Origin: Oculina patagonica
Lineage: Eukaryota
NCBI RefSeq assembly: GCF_052425735.1
Contig: NC_135769.1
Coordinates: 18,910,001 to 18,974,000, forward strand
Direction of reading: 5' to 3'
DNA: 64,000 bases
The translations under genes and the position numbers were made by a program. A model generated the notes under the pieces. It was not told the DNA's origin, did no database searches, and saw only the letters and a list, made by a program, of their open reading frames with translations. This document shows positions 14,012 through 27,127 of the stretch, piece by piece (the first letter of the stretch is position 1; each line of letters begins with the position of its first letter).

Positions 14012-17000
14012 ATGGCGGCCATAAATGATGTGACTGAGCTGCCCGTGGAAAATGACATCGGCGAAACATGGAAAATGTAAGGGAGTATTCTGGCTCTAAA
14101 ATTTTAATTTAACAAAAAATAATAATAAAAGTTTTATAGTGTAGGCAAATCGAATAGTACCGGGTCTTGATCTTGTTTCGGTACTGAGACGATCTCCAGT
14201 AAAAATTACTGCTTCAAACACCGCCTGACAACAAACCATCAAACCAATGACATTCTAAAGCCCACACTATGAAGCAGAGGTTAAAGAAAATTGTCACATG
14301 GGGACATTTTCTTGCCTGAGCTAAAAGATGTGACTCTTTGGGCAAAAAATCAGTTTCTCAATCTGCCAACAGGAGAAGCATCTGAGATTTAAGATAAAAA
14401 GAAAAACTTTCCACACTGATGACATTCTCTTCAAAGCTGAGATCTTATTCGTGTCTTGATTTGGTCAATAGACTGTGAACGGGTTCGCATTTGGGGTCTC
14501 AAGCACAAGTACAAAGCTGTANNNNNNNNNNNNNNNNNNNNNNNNNNNNNNNNNNNNNNNNNNNNNNNNNNNNNNNNNNNNNNNNNNNNNNNNNNNNNNN
14601 NNNNNNNNNNNNNNNNNNNNNNNNNNNNNNNNNNNNNNNNNNNNNNNNNNNNNNNNNNNNNNNNNNNNNNNNNNNNNNNNNNNNNNNNNNNNNNNNNNNN
14701 NNNAACTGGATTGTTGTTATGATTGGTCTAGTGAGCATAACAGCCAATCACAGATGCTATATGTGCCCTAATAGTACACATCCTTAACATCTCTTTTGGG
14801 TGTTCAGAAATGTGGCACCTACAGAGTTTTTTCCCTTTACTCACTGACAGGTTCATATACACTGTCTTGACGTACAACAAAATATTCAAAACTAACAATA
14901 TTATAAGGAGAATGGATGATTTTAGCTTCGATGAAAGGGTGGAGAAATGATCTGCAGGAAACTTAATTTGTACATACAATTTTTAGGGAACAAATGAGTA
15001 AGAAGAAATTGTGAGCGAGGACTGTGTTGGGGAGAGAGGAGGACCCTCAGTAAGATTGATGGTGGAGTGACATCTCCCAAAGGAGATGAGATCATGATGT
15101 GTTGCTTGGTAGTGTGACTTCCCAGAATTGAGGTAGGGTACAGGGGCGGATAGGATTCAAAAGGGGGGGGGGGGGTGGATGGCGACCAAGGGCCAAAGTG
15201 AATTTGATGAAAAATGAGGGGTGGATATCCACCCTATCCACCCCCTGTATCCGCCCCGGGGTTTCTCAGTGATTTACTTGCATCTGTACACTGTATACCC
15301 TGACCTTGTGTGGGAGAATGGCTATGTTTAGTGATAATGGACCGAGGGGCGGGGGGCTAGTGAGGGGAGAAGAAGGTTTTGGAGTGAATCAGGGTGTGAA
15401 ACTTTTGGGGGTGAGTAGGATTTTGGGGGGAAAACCAGTAATTGTGAATACAAATTTTTTATCTTTTCCCCTGTAGGGTAGGAGGTTTTGGGGACATTAT
15501 AGATTTGGGGGTTTGTAGCCCTAGGGATTTTGGAGGGTTGATATTTTTTTCCCCATGTGCTACCACCCCCCCCCCCCCCCAGGCGGTCAGGGGATATATG
15601 TTGATTTGGTGAGGAACCAGCACCACCAGTCAGAACTGGCAGAGAGGTTGTATGAAGGGGGAGAAAGAACTACCCTAGTGAGATGAAAGGAGAGATAAAG
15701 AACAAAAAAAAAATTAGATGTGGGAAGTGCATAGGGAACACTCCATAAAATATAAGTGACAACACTTCAACAGATTGTGATGTGCAAGGAACTGAGTATA
15801 TGTTGAGCACAAACACAAGACTCCAAAAAACGAATGAGATGCTTGTGTCACAGACTATTAAATTAACATTTTTGTCAATAATTTAAGATTAATTAATTCA
15901 TTATTATTATTGATCTTTCTAAAGAAATTTAGCACCAAATTCGTTTTATTAATAATTTATTATTTCAATGTTGTTTAAGGTCATTCTTGTTGATGGAAAT
16001 GGAATGTTGCACCCAAGAGGTAGCTTTTTCTTGTCTTTTTTATGTTTATAATTCTAATATTTATCGTAATTTAATCAGACTGACTAGGAATTTAGAGAAA
16101 GGAATTGTATCACTGTGCTATTTATTCAGTAAATTTCTTTAAAAAATAACTTGAATAATTTTTTGCAGGTTTTGGTATTGCTTGTCACCTTGGAGTTCTG
16201 ACTGATATTCCTACGGTGGGTGTGGCTAAGACCCTGTTTCATGTGGATGGAATAGAGCGAGACTCCAAACATGCTGATCAGGTAAACATGCTGATCAGGT
16301 ATTTAGGTACCTAAATTCTATTCGCTAAAATAAACGCCCAGCTAAACGAAAAAGGGTATCTTAAAACTGAATTTTCTGTTCAGGTATTAGTATTAAAGCG
16401 ATTTTATAAAGATTTGTCTTGCCGGGCGCGGTTAGCCGTTATTTGGTTCATCACGGAACGCTTCTCCTCCCCTTGAATAGGGTGTCATTTTTCGGTTTTG
16501 GGCTTTAAAAGGGTATCAATTTTTACGCTTTCTTTATCCTTAAATAGGGTCAGAGTTTAAGAACCTTGGCGGCACACCCCTATCCGAAATTTATGGGAGT
16601 ACCCCCCCCCCCCCCTGGCTAATCAGACTATTGCAAGTAACTTATAATAATTTATAATTGGACACAAAAAAACTCAACCAATCCAACCAACTGAAACTAG
16701 CTGATTCCAGTTGCACACAGAATTATGATTTAACCGTCACTTCCAAAATTGACCAAAACCAGTTGTGGTTAAGACTGCAGTTGGGTCTAACAGAACTCAA
16801 CCTTTTAAAGTCTTACTATTTTTAAAAAGAATAAAAACATTTTGTGATGATGATATTGGTTCCTCTCTTAACAGATCAAAAACCTTTTGAAAACCAGCGG
16901 AGACTGTTTTCCACTGTTGGGCTCTTCTGGCACAACCTGGGGCAAGGTAGGTATGAATCATTTTAAATTAACAAACATTCTGGATCAGATAATGCATTAG

Positions 17001-18170
17001 GTTTTAACTGCCCTTGTGCCATGACCTTGGCCAGTGCCTCTTGCCACCCAAGTGTCATGCTGGGTGTCAGTGAATTGTAGGAGAAATCTGACAGAATGCT
17101 GGGAGAAGGGAGAATTCAATGCAATATTCCTGGTCATGTAGTTGCATGCTGCATTAAGATGACCCACTAGTGGATTGAACAGTCTTGGTCAGCTGCCTGT
17201 AATATGAAATCCCTCAGCATTTTGCATTGAATCATTGTTTGTTTGTTTGCTTGTTTTTTATCAACTTTTTAGGCATTAAGAAGTACCCAACAAGCTTGTA
17301 ACCCTATCTATGTATCAGTAGGCCATAAGATAGGACTGGAAACAGCAGTGAGTCTGACACATGCCTGCTGCCAGTACAGAATACCAGAACCCATCAGACA
17401 AGTAAGAAACAAAATGATTAAAAAATTCATTGCTCTGCATGTTCTCCGTTTCTTTTCCCAGTGTCTGCTCTACATTATTGTCTTTTCTTGTTTCATGGTA
17501 ACTTTTTTTAACCTTTGCAGATTTTCAGCAAATTCTTTAGCTCACTGCCAAAAAATGCTGTTATTCTGAAACAGTATTTAGAGGAGTTCATTTTTAAATT
17601 GCTATAATACAGAACTTTTATTTCAATTGATTCTTTGGTTTTTGTGGAAAGAAAGTAAGGGAAAATGAAGACTGTACATGCATAGGTACCCATAGTGACT
17701 CTTAAATACCCCGTATGTAGTAAAACACTTGCTCAGTGTAAACACTGAGGCCAAGAAAGTAGTTACCTGAAATAAAAAACATGTAAAAATAATAATAATC
17801 ATCATCATTATAACCATAGTTTGCAAAATTGGACAAAAAAGAAGTCATAACAAGTCCTGATTTTAAGATGATGAATATATGAAGTAGATTTTTTTTCACC
17901 TTCTGTAGTTGACATATAACTGCGAAGTTCTCATTCTGTGTTGTTAATTAAATTTCATTTTGCTGTATTTATTGTTTTTATTGTTTGCAGGCAGACATCA
18001 GATCTAGAGAGTATCTCAGACAGCATTATACTGAAGAATTAAGAAACTGTTCCTGTAGGACACAAAATAATGAAGAAAATGCCTCAACAGCAGAAAAAGA
18101 CAATGAAAAAACTCAAGAAAATCTTGTAGATGACACTTGTCAGACATTTACTGATCTTAAACTAAGTTAG
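14012..18170 (+). CDS. ENDOV: Endonuclease V; clean exons 14012..14076, 15980..16019, 16169..16281, 16875..16946, 17273..17401, 17991..18170; exons 2-3 (~14987..15132, ~15590..15680) are present only in indel-corrupted form
   Basis: Motifs [42 protein letters not shown] and RIPEPIRQADIRSRE are diagnostic of EndoV; GT-AG boundaries checked. Confidence 0.9.
14522..14703. other. Assembly gap (182 N)
   Basis: Run of n. Confidence 1.
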
Positions 18171-18544
18171 AGAATGTTGATTTTGACCCTTCTTTCAATT
18201 AACTGATACTTCAAAATGTATAAAAATCAGAAAAAATTGCCTTCCTCTTTCCAAGAAAGATCAAAGGAACTTTGCTAGCAGGGTGAACTTTTCATGGACT
18301 AAAAAAATGTTATTGTACTTGGAAAAGTATTTTAATGAGCAAATCAAAAGCTCTTTGTTGATGTTTCTTATTTTTTTATAGAAAATTTACTATGCTCAAG
18401 TGGTTTCATATCCGTTTCACACTGTTCTTATTATAAATAACAACTACTTTATATGAAGAATTTTATTAAATTTTTTATCATGTTTCAGTAAAAAAATATG
18501 ATGTATACCGTTTTAATGTAATAAAGGAAGACATAATGATAAAC

Positions 18545-19340
18545 CAGGCGCGTAGCTGAGGTTTTTGGAAGGGTGTTCGTATTGACAGTAAATTTTTTTT
18601 AAGGGGGGTTGTTAAATACGAGCGAAAAGGGCGCAACCCTCTAGGGGGGTCTAGGGGCATGTCCCCCCAGAATCTTTTGAAATCTAGAGGCCCGGAAATG
18701 CTATTTTCAGCATTTTGCACGCCAATGTTTCAAATTCGATGGAGTGTAAAATAATAATTTTTTAGTGATAACAATAATATTTCCGGCATTTTGTTAAATT
18801 GAGACATTCATACATACATACCGGCTTAGTACACTAAACGTTTAACAAAAGCTTGACGTGTGCTGCAAAGGCTTCTCAGGATAAAAGCTTAAGCCCCCTG
18901 ACCCCCCAGCTCCACTGTCAATGTACTAAAAGCAGCATCAAAGCGTGAATATGCACTAAACACACGTATCACATGGGTCCCCCGAAATTGTATTCCCCAC
19001 CTTTCGTCTATTTTTACTTCATTTATCAAATCCCAAATCACTTACTTTTGGAAAGTAACTTAAAATAGAAGCTGATATTCCGGCTGATCGTTTAGACGCC
19101 ATTTTTTAAACTTTATACTTCATGTAAGGTTCTCAAATTTCACTTGTACCCATCATCCTAACAATTTAATACTTTCTCGATACTTTTAGCGTTTTCTTGC
19201 AGGGTAGTTTAAAAGCTTCAACACTCATCCACTATTTGCTAAAAGCTGAAAATCAACAGTTTGTTTTTCAGTCCTCCATTATTGACCTCCAAAGGGGGTT
19301 CGAACCCTTCAAACCCCCCCCCCCCCCTCCTACGCGCCTG
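18545..19340. mobile_element. Non-autonomous DNA transposon (CAGG termini)
   Basis: caggcgcgtag / ctacgcgcctg TIRs, flanked by the direct repeat taaac. Confidence 0.65.
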
Positions 19341-19856
19341 TAAACCTTTTGCGTGAACATTGTCTGTCTGCCTAAATATTGTTCTTCGTGTTGAACCATG
19401 CAAAGTTGTACCATATGTGTTCACCACTATTGTGCTGAAACCCAAGTGGGCATTTCCTGCATCATATAATTTATCATCCTGAAGCTAAGACCCTGTATAA
19501 TGTGCGAGAGTGGGTGACAAAGTTTTGTTGCCAGATCTTTATTACTATAAATTCCAGACATCTGTTGAATTAGCACCATTGGTTTCGAACACAGATAAAA
19601 AATATACTTTTCACATGATGCTGTTTTTGATGTTCACTTATCCAGTAAAGTTGAACCCGAGTTCCACTTGTAAATGGGGTGGGCCAGCTTGGTCTACCTT
19701 ATTCACATCTGTCAGAATGCTTTGTGGAGTAATGGATTGTGTAGTCCTGTCCAATTAATAGTAGCACAAGTTGTCTGTAGTTTTCAGGCCCATACCATGG
19801 CCAAACTTCAAGTTCAATCGATGTCTGAGTCAGGAATTAACCTATAGTAAACACCT

Positions 19857-20414
19857 TTACTTGATTGTGCTATACATAGCACACTCCACAGAAGTGAACG
19901 TCGGCATTTTGTTCGTTCCAGTGTCTGTTAAAGGCGCGTGAATCTTGATCTGCCTCATATGGGTGTCTCTTCCATTCTGATGATTGGCCAAAACCGCGAT
20001 TTGTAACATGTAAGTTCTCAACGGTTTGTCTCCATCTGACAGTGACACAGTCAACCATCCACTGGGTTCTTCCAGCTCTATCAGTTCTATTTGATGCAAG
20101 TCGTGAAAATGATTCCCGGCACGAACAGATATTTTACTTGGCGTGTAGCTCTCGTCCGCCTTGTAATCAGCGTACAGGCAAATGTTCTGAATGGCCGTTT
20201 TTCGCCTGAATTGAATGCTGATCAAATGAGGCTGCGGTCCATCGGATTGCCAGTACGTTTCTAAGTTTCCATCACGCAACTGTTCTACCCCGAAGCCGGG
20301 TTTACAAGAGGATAAAGACCAGACTGCTTGATCGCCAATTTCTCGGTATTTCTCGCCGCTAATGCTATCAATTTGTTGTTCGGCATCGAAGAACTCTTCC
20401 GTTCGAGCCGCCAT
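19857..20414 (-). CDS. ANAPC10: Anaphase-promoting complex subunit 10 (DOC domain), 185 aa, intronless CDS
   Basis: REIGDQAVWSLSSCKPGFGVEQLRD...TYWQSDGPQPHL...DESYTPSKI...ANHQNGRDTHMRQIKI; start aaaATGgcg at 20414 preferred over the ORF-track start at 20507. Confidence 0.96.
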   Translation of the reverse strand: MAARTEEFFDAEQQIDSISGEKYREIGDQAVWSLSSCKPGFGVEQLRDGNLETYWQSDGPQPHLISIQFRRKTAIQNICLYADYKADESYTPSKISVRAGNHFHDLHQIELIELEEPSGWLTVSLSDGDKPLRTYMLQIAVLANHQNGRDTHMRQIKIHAPLTDTGTNKMPTFTSVECAMYSTIK

Positions 20415-20529
20415 TTTGAATTTGGCGCGTAATGAGTATGCGTCAAAGTGAACAACCGCTGCAATTACCGTCGTACATAACATACAGCCACGTGACAGCG
20501 GCGCCATATTGGTTTTGAAAGCAACGAAA

Positions 20530-23500
20530 ATGGTGAGTTTGAACCGTTTGTATCTCAGTAATTTGTGTGATTTAAGCTTTTCTTTATTCTTTTAAAATAG
20601 ACTTAGTTTATGGTAAAGCTTGGGGAAGTTAGGATTTATTAACAACACCAAAAGAAAAGCAAGATATCACTTCTACTATTCAGTTTGGTGCGCATGAAGT
20701 TAAAATCAATGAGTGACAGTGCATTATTTCCAGGCAGTAGTACAAAACGGTAAAGTTAAGACACTGAAAACACAACCTTTCCCTGTCTTTCCACCTACAG
20801 TTTGTAATCATGGCTGAGTTGTAATTTTTCCCATTATTAGCAGGATCAAATCAAATCAAACACCCAATAAATTCACAGTAGTTCAGAAATAGCTCCAATT
20901 TTCCCGGCATAGTCAATCGAACGTTCGGAAATCGAACACAATCGAACTCAATCGTGGATTGAGTTCGATTGAGTTCGGCAATCGAACAAAACACCAGACT
21001 TTCAGTGAGTTCGATTTCCGAACAAATCGAATTCAATCAAACAAATCGAACTCAATCGAACGCAATCCATCTGATTGTGTTCGATTGACTTCGGAAACCG
21101 AACTTAATCGAACACAATTAAATGGATTGCGTTCGATTGGCTCTGGTAAACCAATACAAAGCAAGCCCATCAAAGCAGATTTTTCTCGTGCAGAAACCCC
21201 ATTTATAATCTGTCCAAGGAGAACAGAACAGAATAAAGCTATCATTATTCCCGCGGGCGTATTTTCCCCCCCCTTCCGAAATTGATGTACCCTTTCCTTT
21301 ATAGCTAACTTACAATTGCGGCAAGACAACTTGAAGGGTTACTTTTATGCAAAAATACAGGTAAATTACTAACTTCGACACAGGCAACAGCATACAGTAG
21401 ATGGATGATTATGAAAATATCTTACTAACGATATACATGATTCTCTCAAATTCATCTTGGACAAAAAGAGTGACCAAGAGAGTAAGAGGTGAACGAGGGT
21501 CAGTATATTGGATGTATGGGAGCATCTTAATTACTGCCATGATAGAAAGGATAAACAGTTAATGCAACAGTAAAATTAGTTTTCTCCTCAGGTCAAAATC
21601 AAAGTAAATGATCAGATGTTCGTGTACATTTATTTCTTGAGTGTCAAGAGTTGTCTTACCTCGCAAAGGTGACCTACATGTAATTGTCCACGCTCGTTTA
21701 CAATTCGGTATGCACGGCCTTTCTTGCCTACTTTCTTTCAATCCGTGAAAACTTCGCCATCCTTTACGTCAAAGCGGTATTCCTTGTATCCTTTACTACA
21801 CATTTCAAGTTTACAATCCACAGCGCATCTGAAGCCATTTCTGCGGCATTTCTTTGTTTTAATACAAAAAACACGTGCGCTACACTCCGGGCTGAAGTAA
21901 CTCGAGCTTCCAAGATCTGGTTATGGATTTTCAATGCCTGTATAACACAAATAACGAGTTCGAAAATCGAACATTCGATTGGGTTCGATTGATTTTTTTT
22001 CTTTTCGGTGAGTTCGATTTTGTTCGATTGCCGAACTCAATCAAACTAAATCCATGAATTGAGTTCGATTGAGTTCGATTGGGTTCTATTGACTATGCCG
22101 GGAATTTTATTAGTTTTCCTCTGAGCCTTCTGGGTACTTGAAAGAGGTACTATGACATGAAATTGATTTGGGCACTTTAAGTTGGTATCTCTGAGGTAAA
22201 AATGGCAAATGGTATCTAAGCTTTTAAAAAAGAAAAGTACTTGAAGCAAGGTTGTGTTGACAAAACCTTGAGACTGGGTCCCATACAAATGTAAATATTC
22301 ATAGACTATGGCAATCTTCAGAATGTCGTTGGAAATCTTCAGACATCTTCGGATATGGTCTGTAAATCCGAGAAAAAATAAAGTTAATGTATGTATGTAT
22401 ATGTAAAGTGAAATGCCCTAGTATATGACCTCGCTCACCACGAGTCTCCCATAGCTCAGTGGTTAGAGCGTCCAACCGGTATTCTGGAAGGTCATGGGTT
22501 CGACTCCCGTTGGGGGAACTCGGAAAATCTTTTTTCTGAGTATTCAACTTGAGAACGCTTCTTCATTTACTTTATGTATGTATGTATATGTATGTATGGT
22601 TTGTCTTCAAAAACCCCTGATACTCCCAGGATAAAAATCTCATGTCTTTGACTCAGAAGAAGTTGGAAAGTGTATAACTTAGATACCTGGTAAAATATTT
22701 TTACCTGTCAAAATTGATGGATATGTGTGTAACTAAAAGTTGTAAATTGTCTGTTGCATTTTCAGTTTTTAGCACACTTCATCAAAAACACAGTAAAATT
22801 GTGCAAGTTGCTGTCTGTTATTTTGCCCAAATATATTTGACATCATTTCTTGGATTTTTTTCCTTTTTAGACTGACAGATACAACATTCACAGTCAACTT
22901 GAACATTGTAAGTATCAAGCATCCTTGATTCTCATCAAGTACAGTGTAAGGGAGGTTATGGAAGGACAGCAACACTAATAAATGTTGTATGAGTACCGTA
23001 ATGATTCGATTTAGCGCCCTCCTTCCAATAAGCGCCCCTTCCGAATAAGCGCCCCCCTTCGAATGTGTTTTTGTAAATAAGCGCCCCTATTCCAATAAGC
23101 GCCCCCATTCTTATAAGCGCCCCCATTCTTATAGGTGCCCTTATTCTAATAAGCGCCATCTATTGCGGATAAATGCCCCTACTGAAGTCATCGACGTCAA
23201 ATAGATAAACGCATGAACATTTACCGTACCGTACATGTATATATTTACTGCTAAAATGAACAATTCTTTCAAAAGTAGCTTAACTTTCGACAATTTGCTA
23301 ATATTTATTTTAAGTTTTGTTTTGAACATTTGGTTGTTTTTCGAAAAATTAAATAAGCGCCCTGTCCCGAATAAGCGCCCTGTCTCGAATAAGCGCCCTC
23401 CCTTGAGGTGCCAAAAGTAAATAAGCGCCCCGGGCGCTAAATCGAATCATTACGGTAGTATCATGAACTGTTAAAGGCAGCCTCCTGCACAGATGTTCTT

Positions 23501-26500
23501 TTGGTTCATCGCACAATCTTTCCTAAACAAACAAACAAACAAATATTGATAAAAAAGAACCCAGCAATTTACATACAGTCAAGTCTCTCTTAGTGGAGAC
23601 CTCCATAAGAGGAACACCTCTTTAAGAAAGACACCTGCTGTTGGTCCGGCCCCTGCCGTTTTTCAGTCATTTTACTGTAACTAAACTCCCTATAAGATGA
23701 ACACCTCTCTAAGACGGACAGTTGGAGCTGATCCGGACGGCGTCAATTTTAGAGAGAGTTGACTGTAGACCAATCAGAACACTTTTACAAATCTTTGGAA
23801 GTGACCTTGAGAATTTTGTGCATGATTCTAGCAGGAGCCACGGGTTTCGCCCATAACGAGTTTCGCCCAGAACGAGTATGAACTATCTAGACTTGTTTTA
23901 ATATCATTTCAAAATATATGTTGCTATTACCTATGTCAGAAATACAATCTTTAAAAACTCTTGATTTCTTTTTTTTAGTATTCGCGAATCTGTATTCATA
24001 ATTTGTCGTGTGAAACTTATCTTTCGTGTACAAAAGATTTGCAACAATGATGTGTTCAATGCGCAAGTGTTTTCAACAACCTTTAATTCGCTTCAACTCA
24101 AAACAAACGTGACCTTCTCGAGAAAATAAGTGCTGCAGATAAAAACAAAATCATAGCCATGCTTTTTCGATAAACATTTAAACCTCTCTGCAGTATTTTG
24201 TGCTCAAATTACTGTATCAATCCCCGCTTCATTGTCCGTGAAAGTGATACATGTGACTTGCCGTCGTTTCAACAGTGAAAGTGATAACTTGTTCGTTTCA
24301 ACATTTCATGGTCTCAGGTCAAGTCACTTTTTTTCAAAACTTTCATTCTGATACGCACGTTTAGGTTGACGTTTCATTGAGTTAGATTCTAGACGTTTTA
24401 CTTCTGGACGAAACCAATCTCATTCTGGGCAAAACGATGTGGGCGAAACTCGTTATGGGCGAAACTCGCTATATCCATTCTAGCTGACATAACTTTCCTT
24501 ATTTTTCAGTACAATCAAAGTATGTTGGAACTGGCCATTCAGACACCACAAAATTGTAAGTATTTTATTTTCATTTATCGGCTAACTTCCACATGTGAAT
24601 ATTGAAAGGAAAATAGGTAAAAATCATTATTCACTGTTCCTGTACTGTGCTGGTTTTCTACTTAAAACTCTAATTAATGCAGGAAATATTGTCTTGCTTT
24701 ATGGAAGGAAAACTTTCTATCTCTACCTTAACCCATTGACCCCCAAACCAACCAAATTTGGCCTGAGGGAGCATGGTCCTTCTACCTCTTGTGTGATGCC
24801 ATCACCTTTCAGTCTACAAGATGTTTTTAATGATAAAATGGAAAAAGTCTTTCCAAGCATCCTAAACGAGCATAATAGGGTGAATTGGACTAGAGAAAAG
24901 TGTTGGCACGAGCAACAAATTTCGTCCTGATAAACTATCTTCAATGATAGAGTTTGAGAGTAAAGTTTTTTGCCCTTAATCATCTTTAAGTAAGCATTAC
25001 AACTGCTTTGGTCTATGGTTGAAGGTCGAGTACTGCTAGTCTATTTGGGTTTCAAGCTAGCCCCAGCATTTTCCTCAGGTGACCAAAACAATTTACCAGA
25101 AGCCATTTACAAGTGTACTCATTTTATGCTCCTTTCATTTGTTAAACATTACATTCTACAAAATCAAACCAAATTGATTTCTCCATGTCATGCCAAAATT
25201 CATTTTCATGTGTGTTTGTTTTCAGTGAGTGGCTTGTAAATCAGCACAGAGACAGTTCAGCTTCTTACATTGGACATTATAACCTGTTGGATTACTTTGC
25301 TCTAGTGGAGAATGAAACAAGAGCCAGAACAAAATTCAACCTTTTAGAGGTAACACACTGTCTGTCTGGTATTTTTTTTTTTGGATTGTCTATGTTAGTT
25401 ACAGGGTTGGAAACTAAAATTTCGGAGCACTCGCCATCTGGGCGAGTGACCTTCAAATTGCACTCGCCCAGATCAGTTTTCACTCGCCCAGGGTCCTAAA
25501 GTGAAAATTTAGTCCCCCTCCGCCCACTTATAAAATGTACAACTTAAATTTTTAATCATGTTTTATCACGCTTTGCTACCGTGGTGGTCGATCGCGATAC
25601 AGACTGAAATTTATTTCTTTAACGAAAAATCGACAAAGATAGACCTTACTCCACGACAAAAACAAAAGCACACTTACTTCAAAAGTTAAAATGCAGTTTT
25701 ATTTGATACGTATTCCTAAATTCCTGTAGTTTTTGTTGAAACTGTACAGAAAAAAAGGCGGGAAAATAGCCATTTTGCCTTGTTTCGCGGCTCGGTGGAC
25801 GAGTCAGTTTATTTATGACCAGAGGTATTACTTTCTATAAGCAAGTCCATCATGTAAAAATCACCAAACGGAAGCCATTTTTGTCTGTTTACGAACGCAA
25901 ACACAACCTTGTCTGCCTTGTTGGAGATTTCAAAATGTTGAAAAGCTATCGGCTTGTAGATAGAATAGATTATTTTAAAGTGGAAAGTAAAAGGTAACTC
26001 TTATTTTGAATAATTTATTGAAAATCATACTCGCCAAACCGGGCGAGTGATCCGTGATTTGTACTCGCCCGACTGTTTTCACACTCGCCTGGGCGAGTGG
26101 GCGAGCGCTAATTTCCAACCCTGTAGTTATGTTTGGTTAGTTCATGATCATATAATTTTTGCCGAACCAAAAAGAAAAACACTTTTCTGTGAGTTTTAGT
26201 AATTTTTATCATTGGATGTTGTCAAGACTAATTACTGTATTACTGTACATGTTTGTTGGCTTTTGCATACAGTCAAGGAGACAAAAAAAAATACAGGCAC
26301 TGAATAAATTAATACCAAGAACATACACAAAAGAAGTCAATTTTGTACATTAATGACAAATGGACTAAAATTTGTAAGTTACCTTATTCTCACTTAATTT
26401 CGCGAGTACTAAATTTCGCGATTTTCGCGATTTTGAAAAAATCGCGAAATTTAATACTCGCGAAATATAGAACACGCGAAGTTTAAAATCGCAAAATTTA

Positions 26501-27127
26501 ATATCGTACTGATAATATAAAAATATAATGAAACTCAATTTGTTTTATCATAGTTATTGTAACATGTCTCAGCTTCATGTTTAGGAGTTTCTTGTTTAAT
26601 TTTGTCCATTAGTTATCTCCCACCTTATCAGTCGCACTGTTCCAACTGTTCTCTGCCGCCAAGTTCCTCAAAATCTCGCTCTTGCAGTCGTAAATGAACC
26701 TATTAGGGATTTAGACTGTTGAATGCCTCATGTTTTTTATGTGTATATTGTTTTGTTTGCTGTTTTTACGATGACCTTCATATTAATTATGTTGTTACAG
26801 TTTCGAGGTCAAAGCTCCATATTGAAGAATAGGTAAAAATCGCGAAAGTTAATACACTCCAATTGCACAGCACCTTCCTCTCAAAATCTCGAAATTAAGT
26901 ACTTGCGAAATATGGCTCTTGATTTTTCGCGAAATTAAGTACTCGCAAAATTTAGTGAGAATAAGGTACCTTTTGCACCTATTAAATGGTTTTTTTCCGG
27001 CTGTAAACCACTTATAATGAATATATAGTATAAAATAATACAGTAAGTAACATCGAATTTTTTTGTTTTGTTTTTTTAGAAAATGGTGCAACCTTGTGGG
27101 AATCCACCACATAAACCAGAAGACTAG
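20530..27127 (+). CDS. SF3B5: Splicing factor 3B subunit 5 (SF3b10), 85 aa; join(20530..20532,22871..22907,24510..24555,25226..25349,27080..27127)
   Basis: Spliced product MTDRYNIHSQLEHLQSKYVGTGHSDTTKFEWLVNQHRDSSASYIGHYNLLDYFALVENETRARTKFNLLEKMVQPCGNPPHKPED; first exon contributes only ATG (aaaATG|gtgagt); phases consistent. Confidence 0.93.
20903..22102. mobile_element. ~1.2 kb non-autonomous TIR element (CCCGG termini) in SF3B5 intron 1
   Basis: cccggcatagtcaat / attgactatgccggg TIRs, many aatcgaac subterminal repeats, flanking direct repeat aatttt. Confidence 0.8.
22404..22571 (+). mobile_element. tRNA-derived SINE-like repeat (tRNA-like core 22445..22517)
   Basis: Cloverleaf with acceptor tctccca/tggggga, D-arm gctc/gagc, T-arm atggg-ttcgact-cccgt, but an abnormal 8-nt anticodon loop with a stem mismatch; embedded in an (atgt)n microsatellite on both sides. 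Confidence 0.65.
22996..23455. mobile_element. Tc1/mariner-type MITE in SF3B5 intron 2
   Basis: ta|ccgtaatgattcgatttagcgcc ... ggcgctaaatcgaatcattacgg|ta; aataagcgcc repeats. Confidence 0.8.
23833..24476. mobile_element. MITE with 8-bp TSD
   Basis: gtttcgcccataacgagtttcgccc / gggcgaaactcgttatgggcgaaac; flanked by attctagc on both sides. Confidence 0.7.
25402..26123. mobile_element. Non-autonomous DNA transposon (CAGGG termini)
   Basis: cagggttggaaa / tttccaaccctg TIRs; internal actcgccc/gggcgagt repeats. Confidence 0.7.
26382..26966. mobile_element. Tc1/mariner-type MITE
   Basis: ta|ccttattctcact ... agtgagaataagg|ta; ttcgcga repeats. Confidence 0.75.

Noticed and set aside
20415-20507. 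31-aa N-terminal extension of ANAPC10 in the ORF track
   Set aside because: It occupies the shared promoter; the aaaATGgcg start at 20414 gives the usual ~185-aa length
20851-22288. Short ORFs rich in NRTQSN / IEFD (also 27553-28628)
   Set aside because: Translations of aatcgaac subterminal repeats of a non-autonomous transposon; no transposase motifs seen
22445-22517. Functional tRNA gene
   Set aside because: 8-nt anticodon loop, mismatched anticodon stem and repeat-like flanks indicate a SINE or pseudo-tRNA
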